Assembly (NCBI GenBank): GCA_965261975.1 | Contig: CBDHEC010000043.1 | Coordinates: forward strand, 11,928 to 75,927 | DNA: 64,000 bases | Direction: 5' to 3' | Origin: Alphaproteobacteria bacterium | GTDB taxonomy: Bacteria; Pseudomonadota; Alphaproteobacteria; UBA6615 | Shown here: positions 30,694-40,994 of the stretch, in pieces | Layout: every line of letters starts with the position of its first letter | Numbering within the stretch: the stretch's first letter is position 1 | The notes under the pieces: generated by a model | The model's input: the letters and a program-made list of their open reading frames with translations, nothing else | The model's database searches: none | What the model was told of the DNA's origin: nothing | Translations under genes and position numbers: made by a program

Positions 30694-30711
30694 CGCGCGG
30701 GATCAGCACTG

Positions 30712-33372
30712 ATGGAACTCCTTTTCGTAGCATTGCTGGTCCTGATCATGGCGGCCGCCCTGGGTATGGGCTTCCCGGTCGCCTTCGCCCTGCCGGGTGC
30801 GGCAATCCTGACGATCGGCCTTGCGGCACTCACAGGCGTGATCTTCGCGGGCGATACCGGCGCCTACTTCGCCCAGGACGGGCCCATTCAGTGGCTGACG
30901 GCCGGGGTGACCAATTTCAGAGGGGTCTACTGGGAAGTCGAACGCGACACCCTGATTGCGGTGCCACTGTTTGTCTTCATGGGCATCATGCTGCAGCGCT
31001 CGAAGATCGCCGAAGACCTTCTGGTCACGATGGCGCAGCTGTTTGGACCGGTTCCCGGCGGCCTCGGCATCTCGGTCGTCTTCGTTGGCGCCCTGCTCGC
31101 CGCCACCACAGGTATCGTCGGCGCAACGGTCGTCGCCATGGGGTTGATCTCCCTGCCGGCGATGCTGCGCAACAACTACTCCAAGCCGCTCGCGACCGGA
31201 ACCATCGCCGCCTCGGGCACACTGGGCCAGATTATTCCGCCCTCGATCGTGCTCATTATCCTGGCCGACCAGCTCTCCAACGCGACCGATCAGGCCAGCA
31301 CCGCCCGCAAACTCGAGTACAAATTCGGCACCGGCGAGATCACGATGCCGAGCGAGTTCGACATCACCTCGACCAGCGCCGGCGACATGTTCCTGGGTGC
31401 CTTGCTGCCGGGCCTCGTTCTCGTCGGTCTCTATGCGCTCTATATCCTGGTCTTCGCCTTCCTGAAGAAGGGCTCGGCCCCGCCCGTCCCCTATGAGGGC
31501 CGCTACGATCTGCGTTTCGCCGGCCGGGTCCTGCTGGCACTGGTACCACCGCTGACCCTGATCCTCGCGGTGCTGGGTTCGATCATTATGGGTATCGCCA
31601 CGGTCAACCAGGCCGGTGCCATCGGCGCGGTGGGCGCCATGATCATGGCCGGCTACCGGCTCAAGGACGGGCAGCGCGGCGCCTTCTATCCCGCCATCCT
31701 GGCGATTATCTCGATTGCCGTGATCCTGTTTCTCGGCAATCAGTTCGACCTGAACGTGAAATCCATCGACGACGGGACGGACGCGCTTGGTGTTATTCTT
31801 GCCGCGATCGCTGTCGTGGGGCTTCTCGTCGCGGTCATCTGGAGCGCCTGGCGCACGCTCAAGATCGACGACACGCTGCGCGGGGTCATGGTGGAAACGG
31901 CGAAGACCACCTCGATGGTCTTCATCATCCTGCTCGGCGCGGCAATGCTGACGGCCGCCTTCCGCGCCTTCGGCGGCGAGGAGCTGGTCAGAGAGTTCCT
32001 TGGCGGCCTGCCGGGCGGATTCTGGACCCAGTTCGTCGTCGTCATGGCCGTGATCTTCGTCCTCGGATTCTTCCTGGACTTCATCGAGATCGCCGTCGTG
32101 GTGGTCCCGATCATCGCCCCGATCCTGCTGGCCGACCCGTCGGCCAATATATCGGCCGTCTGGCTGGGCGTGATGATCGGCGTCAACATGCAGACATCGT
32201 TCCTGACGCCCCCCTTCGGCTTCGCATTGTTCTGTCTGCGTGGCGTCGCGCCTCCGGAAGTCAAAACCACCGACATGTACAAGGGCGTGACCGTCTTCAT
32301 CGGCTTGCAGCTGATCGGTCTCGCCATCGTCGGTTTCTTCCCGGGCCTGGTGAACTTCCTGCCCAACAAGTCGTTCCTCACGGCCGATACGGCACCACCG
32401 CCACAGAACCCGCGACTCCAGGTATGTATCGAGGAGCATCTATTCAGCTTCTATGACCAGAACGGCAACCAGATTCAGGCCGCCATCAACGACGCCCATA
32501 AACTACCCATGTCCGCGCTTCCCGAGAAGCATGCCACAGCGCTGCGCGCGAGCCTGGACAAGGCCGGCAGCGTCTTCGCACGGGTCGAGGATGTGCGTGC
32601 CACGGCGGCCGGCGTCGCCGCATTCACTCCCGACTACGAGCCATTCCATCGCCAGGTCCGCCGTCTCGAATCCGACGCCCGCAAGGTCGACGCGGAGGTC
32701 GATGAAATTCGCAACGAGATCTTCCAGCTCAAGCGTGACGAAGATGTCGAGGGTTTGCGCGATGCCGAGCACGAGATTGAAGAACTGCTCGCCCATCAAG
32801 CCGAACTCCGGTCGCGAATTCCCGCTGAATGGGCAGACACCCGCAAACAGTTCGTCGACCTGACCGGCGCCGAGCGCAAGGCACGCCTTGCATATCGGCG
32901 CACCGTCGATGAGGCTTATGGTCCGGTCCGTGACATCCGCGTGATCCTGGCCGACACCGACGCGCTCGCCGCCATCGGCGACGACCTCACCGCGCTGCAG
33001 GACTTCGTGCGAACAGCCAGCCCGGAAGAGGCTTCTGCAGCCATCCGCGCTTTCTCCAGCGACAGACTGTCCGGCCTCGCCCAGGTGAACGACATTCGCA
33101 GCCCGCTATCCAAGGCACGCCGCGCGCTTTCACCGCGACGCCTGAACCGCGATACGGCGAATGCGGAAGTCGCGAAGGCGATCGCCGCACATGCCACCGA
33201 GGTGGAATGGCGTAAGCGCGCCGACGCGGCCCTGTCGGGTGGGCTTGCCACCTACAACGAGGCCATACGCACATCCATCGGGTTGCGGTTGCAGGATCGT
33301 CTACCCAAAGAGATCACCAGCGATATCGCAAGCTGCCTCGCGGTGCACAGGGATATCTCCCTGAACTTCTAG
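30712..33372 (+). CDS. dctM: TRAP transporter large permease with long C-terminal soluble extension
   Basis: GFPVAFAL, AVPLFVFMG, ATTGIVGATV, GTLGQIIPPS, FLDFIEI, NMQTSFLTPPFG; about 330 hydrophilic residues after the last TM. Confidence 0.9.
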   Translation: MELLFVALLVLIMAAALGMGFPVAFALPGAAILTIGLAALTGVIFAGDTGAYFAQDGPIQWLTAGVTNFRGVYWEVERDTLIAVPLFVFMGIMLQRSKIAEDLLVTMAQLFGPVPGGLGISVVFVGALLAATTGIVGATVVAMGLISLPAMLRNNYSKPLATGTIAASGTLGQIIPPSIVLIILADQLSNATDQASTARKLEYKFGTGEITMPSEFDITSTSAGDMFLGALLPGLVLVGLYALYILVFAFLKKGSAPPVPYEGRYDLRFAGRVLLALVPPLTLILAVLGSIIMGIATVNQAGAIGAVGAMIMAGYRLKDGQRGAFYPAILAIISIAVILFLGNQFDLNVKSIDDGTDALGVILAAIAVVGLLVAVIWSAWRTLKIDDTLRGVMVETAKTTSMVFIILLGAAMLTAAFRAFGGEELVREFLGGLPGGFWTQFVVVMAVIFVLGFFLDFIEIAVVVVPIIAPILLADPSANISAVWLGVMIGVNMQTSFLTPPFGFALFCLRGVAPPEVKTTDMYKGVTVFIGLQLIGLAIVGFFPGLVNFLPNKSFLTADTAPPPQNPRLQVCIEEHLFSFYDQNGNQIQAAINDAHKLPMSALPEKHATALRASLDKAGSVFARVEDVRATAAGVAAFTPDYEPFHRQVRRLESDARKVDAEVDEIRNEIFQLKRDEDVEGLRDAEHEIEELLAHQAELRSRIPAEWADTRKQFVDLTGAERKARLAYRRTVDEAYGPVRDIRVILADTDALAAIGDDLTALQDFVRTASPEEASAAIRAFSSDRLSGLAQVNDIRSPLSKARRALSPRRLNRDTANAEVAKAIAAHATEVEWRKRADAALSGGLATYNEAIRTSIGLRLQDRLPKEITSDIASCLAVHRDISLNF

Positions 33373-33393
33373 GCCGCGACGACCAAGCCAAGC

Positions 33394-33430
33394 AAAACGG
33401 CCGCCCCTCGTCATGAGATGGCGGCCTTTT
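33394..33430. terminator. Bidirectional terminator between dctM and bioY
   Basis: AAAAC-GGCCGCC...GGCGGCC-TTTT between convergent genes. Confidence 0.7.
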
Positions 33431-33447
33431 AGTGATTATGTCGGTGT

Positions 33448-34038
33448 TCAGTCGCCGCGTTTGCGAATGGCCAGTTTCCAAACCAATGGTAAAATCGCCG
33501 CGGCCAGTGCGATCTTCACGAATGCGCCGACAATAAATGGGCTGAAGCCGTTCGCCAGCGCGGCCTGAAAATCGCCCAGGAAGAACGCAAGCCAGGTCAC
33601 ACCCAACGCAAAAATTACGCCGGTGCCGATAAACATCGCCACAAAGGTGAGCGGAACACTGCGATCCCAGCCTTTCTCGCCCAACCAGCCGACGAGCATG
33701 GCGGCCACGAGGAAGCCGACCAGATAGCCCGTCGTCGGACCGGCGAAGTAGGCGATGCCGCCGCCGCTGGCGAAAACCGGCAAGCCGACTGCACCTTCGG
33801 CGAGATACAGGAGCAGCGTCGCACCGGCGAGGCGCCAACCGTAGGACATGCCGATCACCAGTACCGCAAAGGTCTGCATCGTCATCGGGACCGGCCACAT
33901 CGGGACCTGGGTCCTGGCCGACAATGCCATCAGGATGCTGCCCGCTACCGCCAGCAGCGCCATACGGAGCAAACCGCCGGACTGCCGGGGCCAAATTGAA
34001 TCGATCAACGTGGGCGCTGTGCCTGCCGTCATCTGCAT
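33448..34038 (-). CDS. bioY: Biotin transporter BioY
   Basis: PVPMTMQT, YLAEGAVGLPVFA, GPTTGYLVGF. Confidence 0.93.
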   Translation of the reverse strand: MQMTAGTAPTLIDSIWPRQSGGLLRMALLAVAGSILMALSARTQVPMWPVPMTMQTFAVLVIGMSYGWRLAGATLLLYLAEGAVGLPVFASGGGIAYFAGPTTGYLVGFLVAAMLVGWLGEKGWDRSVPLTFVAMFIGTGVIFALGVTWLAFFLGDFQAALANGFSPFIVGAFVKIALAAAILPLVWKLAIRKRGD

Positions 34039-34123
34039 CTAAAGTCTCCAATCTCTCGGAAAAGCGTCGCTGTCTGTTAACAGTTTCCAGCAACGGTGCC
34101 AATTGTCTCGGGTACTGACAACC

Positions 34124-36349
34124 CTATGAGAAACGCGGGGCGCTGGGAAAACCCTTCGGAACCTTACGCCCCGCCTGGGCGCGCTTGCCCATCCAGTCCT
34201 TCAGCTCATCGCCGGCGAATGTCCGATGCCGATCGCCGGTGCGCGTGGTGAGGCCTTCCGACATCGCGAAAGTCGCAACATCTGCCAGGCTGTCGCCGGA
34301 ACCATAGCTCTGCAACTTCACCCCGCGACCGCGTGACATCTCGGGCAGTTCGGACAGCGCGAAGACAATCATCTTCCGCTTCTTGCCCAGCACCGCGATA
34401 TGGTCACCCTGAGCCGGTGCGCAGGCCACCGCCTCCACGTCACCCTTCACGTTCAAAACCTGCTTGCCGCTCTTAGTCTGGGCGACGACCTCGTCCTCGG
34501 GCACGACGAAACCGCGCCCATCGCTCGACGCGACAACCAGCTTGTCGCCGGGCTTGTGCACCTTGAGAGAGACGATCTCCGCGTCGTTGCCCAGGTCGAA
34601 CATCAGGCGCAGCGGCTCACCATGCCCGCGCCCACCGGGCAGCTTGTCCACCGCCACGGTGTAGAAGCGCCCGTTCGTTCCGAACACCAGCAGCTTGTCG
34701 GTCGTCTCGGCGGGAATGACGAATTTACCGCGATCGCCTTCCTTGAATTTGAGCTCCTTCGGGTCGATCCCCTGCCCCTTGATCGTGCGGACCCAACCCT
34801 TCTCCGAACACACGATGGTAACGGGCTCGCGCTCGATCATCGCCTCGACCGGGACGGCGACGGGCTCGGGGGCATCGGCGATCTCGGTACGGCGGCGGCC
34901 CAGTGCCGTCTTCGGGCCGAACGCCTTCTTGAGTTCCGCGATCTCCGCGGCCAGCCGCTTGGTTCGCTTGGCCTTGTCGCGCAGTAGCGCCTTGAGGGTC
35001 TTCTGCTCCCCTTCAAGCCCCTCGATCTCTTCGCGAATGGCAATTTCCTCGAGCCGGCGCAGGGAGCGCAGCCGCATGTTGAGGATCGCATCGACCTGCG
35101 CATCATTCAGCTTCCAGCGCTTCTTCATCACCGCGCGGGGATCGTCTTCCTCACGGATAACCGCGATCACCTCGTCGAGATTGAGGAAGACAACCATGTA
35201 GCCCTTCAGAACGTCGAGCCGATCGGCGATCTTCTCCAGCCGGAACTTGGTCCGACGCACCAGGACCTCGTGACGATGGTCCAGATAGGCCTGGAGCACT
35301 TCGCGCAGATTCATGACCCGCGGCACGGTCTCGGCGTCGAGCACGTTCATGTTCAGCCCGATGCGCGATTCCATATCCGTATTGCGGAAAAGGCTCTCCA
35401 TGAGCATTTCCGCGGTGACGTTCCGGCTCTTCGGCTCAAGCACCAGGCGGATATCATCGGCGGATTCCTCGCGAATATCGCCAAGCAATGGCAACTTGCG
35501 CGCGTGCATCAACTCCGCAATCCGCTCGATCAGCCGCGACTTTTGCACCTGGTAGGGAATCTCGGTGACCACCACCTGATACTGGCCCCGGCCCAGTGAC
35601 TCCTCTTCCCACTTAGCGCGAATGCGAAAACTGCCCCGCCCGCTGGCATAGGCCTCGACCACGGTCTCGCGATCCTCGACCAGCACGCCGCCGGTCGGGA
35701 AGTCCGGCCCGGGCATCAGCGACACGAGCTTGGCGATCGTCGCATTGGGGGTCTTCAGCAGATGGGCCAGCGCATCGCAGATTTCGCCCACATTATGGGG
35801 CGGGATGCTGGTCGCCATGCCGACCGCGATGCCTGTCGCGCCATTGGCGAGCAAATTCGGGAAGTTGGACGGCAGGACCACCGGCTCGTCGCCTTCACCG
35901 TCATAGGTGTCGCGAAAATCGACCGCATTCTCGTCGATTCCGTCGAGCAGCGCCTGCGCAACCTCGGTCATCCGCGCTTCGGTGTAGCGCATCGCCGCGG
36001 CGTTATCTCCGTCGATGTTGCCGAAGTTGCCCTGCCCATCGACCAGCGGATAGCGCACCGCGAATTCCTGGGCGAGCCGGACCATCGCGTCATAGATCGC
36101 CTGATCGCCATGGGGGTGATACTTACCCATCACGTCGCCGACAACGCGTGCACACTTCTTGTAGCCCTGGTCGGGGTCGAGCCGAAGTTGCCGCATCGCA
36201 TGCAGCAAGCGCCGGTGCACCGGCTTCAGCCCATCGCGCACATCAGGCAGCGAGCGCGCCATGATCGTCGAGAGCGCATAGCTCAGATAGCGTTCGCTCA
36301 GGGCGTCCTTGAACGCCTCCTGTCGAATCTCACCACCGATAACCGTCAT
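34124..36349 (-). CDS. parC: DNA topoisomerase IV subunit A
   Basis: [30 protein letters not shown]; shorter C-terminal domain without a GyrA box. Confidence 0.95.
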   Translation of the reverse strand: MTVIGGEIRQEAFKDALSERYLSYALSTIMARSLPDVRDGLKPVHRRLLHAMRQLRLDPDQGYKKCARVVGDVMGKYHPHGDQAIYDAMVRLAQEFAVRYPLVDGQGNFGNIDGDNAAAMRYTEARMTEVAQALLDGIDENAVDFRDTYDGEGDEPVVLPSNFPNLLANGATGIAVGMATSIPPHNVGEICDALAHLLKTPNATIAKLVSLMPGPDFPTGGVLVEDRETVVEAYASGRGSFRIRAKWEEESLGRGQYQVVVTEIPYQVQKSRLIERIAELMHARKLPLLGDIREESADDIRLVLEPKSRNVTAEMLMESLFRNTDMESRIGLNMNVLDAETVPRVMNLREVLQAYLDHRHEVLVRRTKFRLEKIADRLDVLKGYMVVFLNLDEVIAVIREEDDPRAVMKKRWKLNDAQVDAILNMRLRSLRRLEEIAIREEIEGLEGEQKTLKALLRDKAKRTKRLAAEIAELKKAFGPKTALGRRRTEIADAPEPVAVPVEAMIEREPVTIVCSEKGWVRTIKGQGIDPKELKFKEGDRGKFVIPAETTDKLLVFGTNGRFYTVAVDKLPGGRGHGEPLRLMFDLGNDAEIVSLKVHKPGDKLVVASSDGRGFVVPEDEVVAQTKSGKQVLNVKGDVEAVACAPAQGDHIAVLGKKRKMIVFALSELPEMSRGRGVKLQSYGSGDSLADVATFAMSEGLTTRTGDRHRTFAGDELKDWMGKRAQAGRKVPKGFPSAPRFS

Positions 36350-36402
36350 TCTCAAAGCTCCGTTACACAACACGCCCTTTTACGACCTGTGCGTGAGTCA
36401 CC

Positions 36403-37182
36403 TCAAGAAACCGCCGTATCTTTCTCGGTACTGCCGTCTTCGGCCCCCGAATCCCGGCTTACAAGGGATTCGAGCCGCATGCGCGCAGGTGGCAACGGCC
36501 GGTCCAGCGGATCGAAGGCATGTCGGGCCAGAAAATGTCCCGTCAGGCGAAGACCTTCGGTGAAATCGGCGGCGGATGCCCCCTGTCCCCGGCCGTCGGG
36601 CTGGAGAAAACGCGGTAGCGCGAGCATACGATCGGCATAGGGCGCGCCCGCCTCACGTGAGACGGCGCGCCCTGTTTTCGGGCTGACGAACACCAAGTCG
36701 GTGGTTACACCCGTAGCCGCACAGGCCTGCAAATCAAGCCCGAAGCCCAGCTCGCCAAGCAGGCCCATTTCCCACTGGATGTAGACCGCGGGCCAGATTT
36801 CCTGATCACCATGTGTGAGCGCATCAAAAAGCGCCGCCGTCGCCTCGAACAACCCCGGATGGGGTTCGCGCTCGGGGATGACTGTCTCCGTCACCGCGCA
36901 GGCCGCCGACAGCGCCGCGAGCCGGGCGGGATCATCCATGATCTGAGCGGCGGTGTGACGAGACGGCTCGATCGTGAAACGACCCAGATGCTCACTCAGG
37001 CGCGCGCGCCAGACGGCATCCACGAGGTTTCCCGGCTCGACGTTGGCGCGCTTGCTGCGCGACGCGCCGCCATGGACCAGGCCTGCGTGGCGGCCATGGT
37101 CACGTGTCAGAATCTGGACGACCGCCGCCCCCTCACCATGGGGTCGGGCGGCGAGTACATATCCCTCGTCACGCCACTCCAT
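36403..37182 (-). CDS. recO: DNA repair protein RecO
   Basis: MEWRDEG..RPHGE, WRARLSEHLG, GFGLDL..CAATG, VSPKTGRAVS. Confidence 0.95.
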   Translation of the reverse strand: MEWRDEGYVLAARPHGEGAAVVQILTRDHGRHAGLVHGGASRSKRANVEPGNLVDAVWRARLSEHLGRFTIEPSRHTAAQIMDDPARLAALSAACAVTETVIPEREPHPGLFEATAALFDALTHGDQEIWPAVYIQWEMGLLGELGFGLDLQACAATGVTTDLVFVSPKTGRAVSREAGAPYADRMLALPRFLQPDGRGQGASAADFTEGLRLTGHFLARHAFDPLDRPLPPARMRLESLVSRDSGAEDGSTEKDTAVS

Positions 37183-37202
37183 GGCGCCGTCGAGTTGGGT
37201 GA

Positions 37203-38141
37203 CTAAGCATCGTAACGCAGGCCCCAGTCTCGGAAATGACTCGGGTCTTCGGCCCATTTCTCACGCACCCTGACCCGAACGAACAGATGCACGGGACGTT
37301 CGAGAATTTCGGCCAGTTCCTGCTGGGCGTCGGCGCGGATGCGTTTGATCATCTGTCCGCCCTTGCCCAGCACGATACCCTTCTGGGAATCCCGCGAGAC
37401 GGTCAGGTTCTGCTCGATGCGCACGCTGCCATTGTCGAACTCTTCCCAGCTCTCGGTCTCGACCGACAGGGAGTAGGGAATTTCCTGATGCAGCACGAAG
37501 TAGGCCTTTTCGCGCGTCACCTCGGCCGCAAAAAGCCGTTGGGGCAGGTCGGATATCTCGTCCTCGGGAAACAACCAGGGACCCTGCACCATCTGGTCAT
37601 AAAAATGGGCCTCCAGATCGTCCACACCGCTGCCATTCAGCGCCGAGATCATGAAGGTCGAATCAAATCGCGCCATGCCGTTGAGGGTCTCGGACAAGGC
37701 CAGCAGCACCTCGCGCTTGAGACCATCCACCTTGTTGAGAACCAGCACCGTGGGGCTCGAATGCATCTCGAGGCCCTCGATGATCCGCTCGACGTCGCGG
37801 TCGAGCCCGCGTTTGGCATCGACCAGCACCGCGATGACATCCGCGTCGGACGCGCCGCCCCAGGCCGCATCAACCATCGCGCGGTCCAACCTGCGCTTGG
37901 GAGCGAAAATGCCCGGCGTATCGGTGTAGATGATCTGTGTCTCGTCCTTGATGGCGATGCCGCGCACACGCATCCGCGTGGTCTGCACCTTGGGACTGAC
38001 AATCGTCACCTTGGCGCCGACCAGCCGGTTGACCAGCGTCGATTTGCCGGCGTTCGGCGCCCCCAGAACAGACACGAATCCACAACGGGTCCCAGCCTGG
38101 TCAAGCGTCTCATCCGACGGGTCGTTCGGCATGTCAGTCAT
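37203..38141 (-). CDS. era: GTPase Era
   Basis: GAPNAGKST, QTTR, DTPG, NKVD, KH-domain GKGG. Start uncertain (38132/38141/38150). Confidence 0.96.
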   Translation of the reverse strand: MTDMPNDPSDETLDQAGTRCGFVSVLGAPNAGKSTLVNRLVGAKVTIVSPKVQTTRMRVRGIAIKDETQIIYTDTPGIFAPKRRLDRAMVDAAWGGASDADVIAVLVDAKRGLDRDVERIIEGLEMHSSPTVLVLNKVDGLKREVLLALSETLNGMARFDSTFMISALNGSGVDDLEAHFYDQMVQGPWLFPEDEISDLPQRLFAAEVTREKAYFVLHQEIPYSLSVETESWEEFDNGSVRIEQNLTVSRDSQKGIVLGKGGQMIKRIRADAQQELAEILERPVHLFVRVRVREKWAEDPSHFRDWGLRYDA

Positions 38142-38802
38142 CGTGATCAATTCCGAGCATCTGCAGCATTATAGCCGCCGCATCGCGTTCGGCGGCGCGT
38201 TTACTCGATCCTGTCGCCTGCACCGGATCCACACCTTCGAGCCGGACCTCGACCGTAAACAGCGGCGCATGGTCCGGTCCCTTGCGGGCCAGTTCGTGGT
38301 AACTCGGCAATCCCCGCGCACCCGCCTGTGCCCATTCCTGCAATGCCGTCTTCGGATCGCGCGGTGGCCGTGCCACGGTCTCGATGAGGGGGGCCCAGAT
38401 CCGGCGGACGAATGCATCGGCCACGGCGAACCCGCCATCCCGGTACATCGCTGCAATCAAGGCCTCGACCACATCGGCGACGATCGCCTCATTCGTGACC
38501 CCGGGTCCTGCGAGAATGTGATCGGCGAGACCCAATTCCGCCCCGACCTGCGACAGGGATCCCGCGTTCACCAACGCCGAGAAACGCCGGCCGATCTCGC
38601 CCTCGTCCTCCCCGGGGAACCGGTCGAGTAGCATCTGCGCGACAACCAGCCCAAGCACACGGTCGCCCAGAAACTCGAGGCGTTCGTAGGAGTGAACCGA
38701 ATCCAGGCTGGCGTGGGTTAACGCGCGCTCCAGAAGCGCGCGGTTTGCAAATACATGGCCGAGCGTGCGTTCGAGTGCACCGAGATCGGACGCGGCAGCC
38801 AT
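38134..38802 (-). CDS. rnc: Ribonuclease III
   Basis: ALTHAS, YERLEFLGDRVL, ADVVEALI, dsRBD DPKTALQEWAQ. Confidence 0.95.
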   Translation of the reverse strand: MAAASDLGALERTLGHVFANRALLERALTHASLDSVHSYERLEFLGDRVLGLVVAQMLLDRFPGEDEGEIGRRFSALVNAGSLSQVGAELGLADHILAGPGVTNEAIVADVVEALIAAMYRDGGFAVADAFVRRIWAPLIETVARPPRDPKTALQEWAQAGARGLPSYHELARKGPDHAPLFTVEVRLEGVDPVQATGSSKRAAERDAAAIMLQMLGIDHDD

Positions 38803-39545
38803 CAGTCCACGGAATCGAAAATGCGATCGAACCGCGTCGCCTGAATCCAGCGCCACGGCTCCAGCCACCCGGCGGTACCGTCGGTCGAGAAGAACAACAA
38901 CTCCGCCCGCCCGATCATATTTTTCGCCGGAACGAACCCCCAGCCCCGGCTGTCGTTGCTGTCGTCGCGGTTGTCGCCCATGGCGAAGTAGTTACCGGCC
39001 GGGACGACAAATTCGCGCGTGTTGTCCGCCGGCCCGCGATCACCAAACCCTTCCCGGATCACGTAGGTCCTGCCATTGGGAAGAGTTTCTTCATATTGCG
39101 GGACCCGGCGCACCTGGCCGCCATTGTCGCGCGACAGATGATCATCGATACGACGACGGGGCACCACCTCACCGTTGATGTGCAGCCGCCCGCCGATCAT
39201 CTGAATGCGATCGCCGGGCATGCCGACAATCCGTTTGATGAAGTCTTCCCGGTTGGTTGGCGGATGACGGAACACGGCCACATCGCCCCGGTCCGGCGCG
39301 CCACCAAAGATGCGACCGTCGAAGAAACCGAGCCCCAGCGGAAACGAGAAACGACTGTAGCCGTACGAGAACTTGGAGACGAACAGATAGTCACCGATCA
39401 GCAAGGTCGGGATCATGGAACCCGACGGAATGTTGAAGGGCTGAAACAGGAATGTCCGCACCACGCCCGCAATCAGCAGCGCATAGATAATCGTGCGCAC
39501 CGTTTCCATGGTGCCGCCGGTTTTCTTACTGCGGTCTTTCGCCAT
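38802..39545 (-). CDS. lepB: Signal peptidase I
   Basis: IPSGSMIPTL, GDYLFVSK, FIKRIVG.PGD, GDNRDDSNDSR. Confidence 0.96.
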   Translation of the reverse strand: MAKDRSKKTGGTMETVRTIIYALLIAGVVRTFLFQPFNIPSGSMIPTLLIGDYLFVSKFSYGYSRFSFPLGLGFFDGRIFGGAPDRGDVAVFRHPPTNREDFIKRIVGMPGDRIQMIGGRLHINGEVVPRRRIDDHLSRDNGGQVRRVPQYEETLPNGRTYVIREGFGDRGPADNTREFVVPAGNYFAMGDNRDDSNDSRGWGFVPAKNMIGRAELLFFSTDGTAGWLEPWRWIQATRFDRIFDSVD

Positions 39546-39682
39546 GTCTGTCCGTTTCGGTTGAAGGTCAGCCTGTGCTGAGACCCACGGTCCGCCAATT
39601 GGGCCACGATGACGCGCGTTCTAGCCCTCCCGCCGGGTTTACGCCAGTCACGAATTCACCGTGGGACATTAATTGCTTGGGC

Positions 39683-40138
39683 TCAGTCACCCAGATCGGG
39701 GATTGCCGAGATGATGACGATCGCCTGTGCGATCGGCGGCTCGTCGGTCAGCGACAATTCGATCAACGGTTTCATGCCTGGTGGCGTGATCTCGGCCAGG
39801 CGCGCGGCCGCCCCATTGGTCAGCGCCATGGTGGGCTTGCCCGACGGTAGATTGACCACCCCCATATCGCGCCAGAAGACTCCTTTCCGGAAGCCCGTAC
39901 CCAACGCCTTGGAACAGGCCTCTTTCGCGGCGTAACGCTTGGCATAACTGTCGGCGCGGTTCGCCCGGCGGTCCGATTTCGTCCGCTCGATGTCGGTAAA
40001 GCAGCGCTGCACGAACCTGTCACCGAACCGCTCGAGTGTACGTTCGATCCGGGTGATGTCGATCAGGTCACTGCCCAGGCCGATAATCATCGGGTACATG
40101 GGAACCGCGGCCGGACGCTGAGGGTCGTCCTCGCTCAT
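39683..40138 (-). CDS. acpS: Holo-ACP synthase
   Basis: [28 protein letters not shown]; ATGA overlap with pdxJ (alternative start 40090). Confidence 0.95.
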   Translation of the reverse strand: MSEDDPQRPAAVPMYPMIIGLGSDLIDITRIERTLERFGDRFVQRCFTDIERTKSDRRANRADSYAKRYAAKEACSKALGTGFRKGVFWRDMGVVNLPSGKPTMALTNGAAARLAEITPPGMKPLIELSLTDEPPIAQAIVIISAIPDLGD

Positions 40139-40902
40139 GCGCTCGCCGCACCTTGTGCATCTGCGCGCGCGGCGTCCATCAGTGATCGCATCCGCCTGAT
40201 CGAACTATCGAGCCCGCTGAAAATCGCCTCGCCGATAATGAAATGACCGATATTCAGTTCGACGATCTCCGGTATCGCGGCAATCGGCGCGACCGTGTCA
40301 AACGTGATTCCATGCCCCGCATGGATGTGCAAACCAAGTCCCGCACCATAGGACGCCGCGTCGATGATCCTCGCCAGCTGGTCCGACGCGGTATCCTCGT
40401 CACCCTCGATTAGGGCATCGCAATACGCGCCCACATGGATCTCCACCGCGGGCGCACCGATCGAATGGGAGGCATCCATCTGGCGACGGTCGGGCTCGAT
40501 GAACATCGAGACGATCGCCTTGTTCCCCGTCAACCGGTCGACGAAGTGCTTGAGATGGTTGTGGCCCGAGGCGACATCGAGCCCGCCCTCGGTTGTGCGT
40601 TCCTCGCGACGCTCCGGCACGATGCACACCGCATGCGGCGCGTGGCGCAGGGCGATGTCGAGCATCTCGTCCGTGGCCGCCATTTCCAGCGTCAGCGGAA
40701 TTTCGATCGTATCCATTAGGCGGGCCAGGTCGTCGTCGGAAATATGTCGGCGATCTTCACGCAGATGCGCGACGATACTGTCCGCGCCTGCCGCCGCGGC
40801 AGCACGCGCCGCGCGCACCGGATCGGGATGCCCGCCACCGCGTGCGTTCCGAATAGTCGCGACATGATCGACATTCACGCCCAGACGCAGATCAGAAGCC
40901 AT
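40135..40902 (-). CDS. pdxJ: Pyridoxine 5'-phosphate synthase
   Basis: [42 protein letters not shown]. Confidence 0.96.
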   Translation of the reverse strand: MASDLRLGVNVDHVATIRNARGGGHPDPVRAARAAAAAGADSIVAHLREDRRHISDDDLARLMDTIEIPLTLEMAATDEMLDIALRHAPHAVCIVPERREERTTEGGLDVASGHNHLKHFVDRLTGNKAIVSMFIEPDRRQMDASHSIGAPAVEIHVGAYCDALIEGDEDTASDQLARIIDAASYGAGLGLHIHAGHGITFDTVAPIAAIPEIVELNIGHFIIGEAIFSGLDSSIRRMRSLMDAARADAQGAASA

Positions 40903-40994
40903 TGGAGTATCTCGTTATTTGGTGGTTCGGCGGTAGAATTGGCGTTCGTGGAGGTAAAGGTCAACCCGGAGATGCACCCCGATCGCCTGGCCGC

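Noticed and set aside
36085-36125. ParC QRDR has Gln rather than Ser ([10 protein letters not shown])
   Set aside because: Common natural variant in this class; not evidence of acquired resistance.
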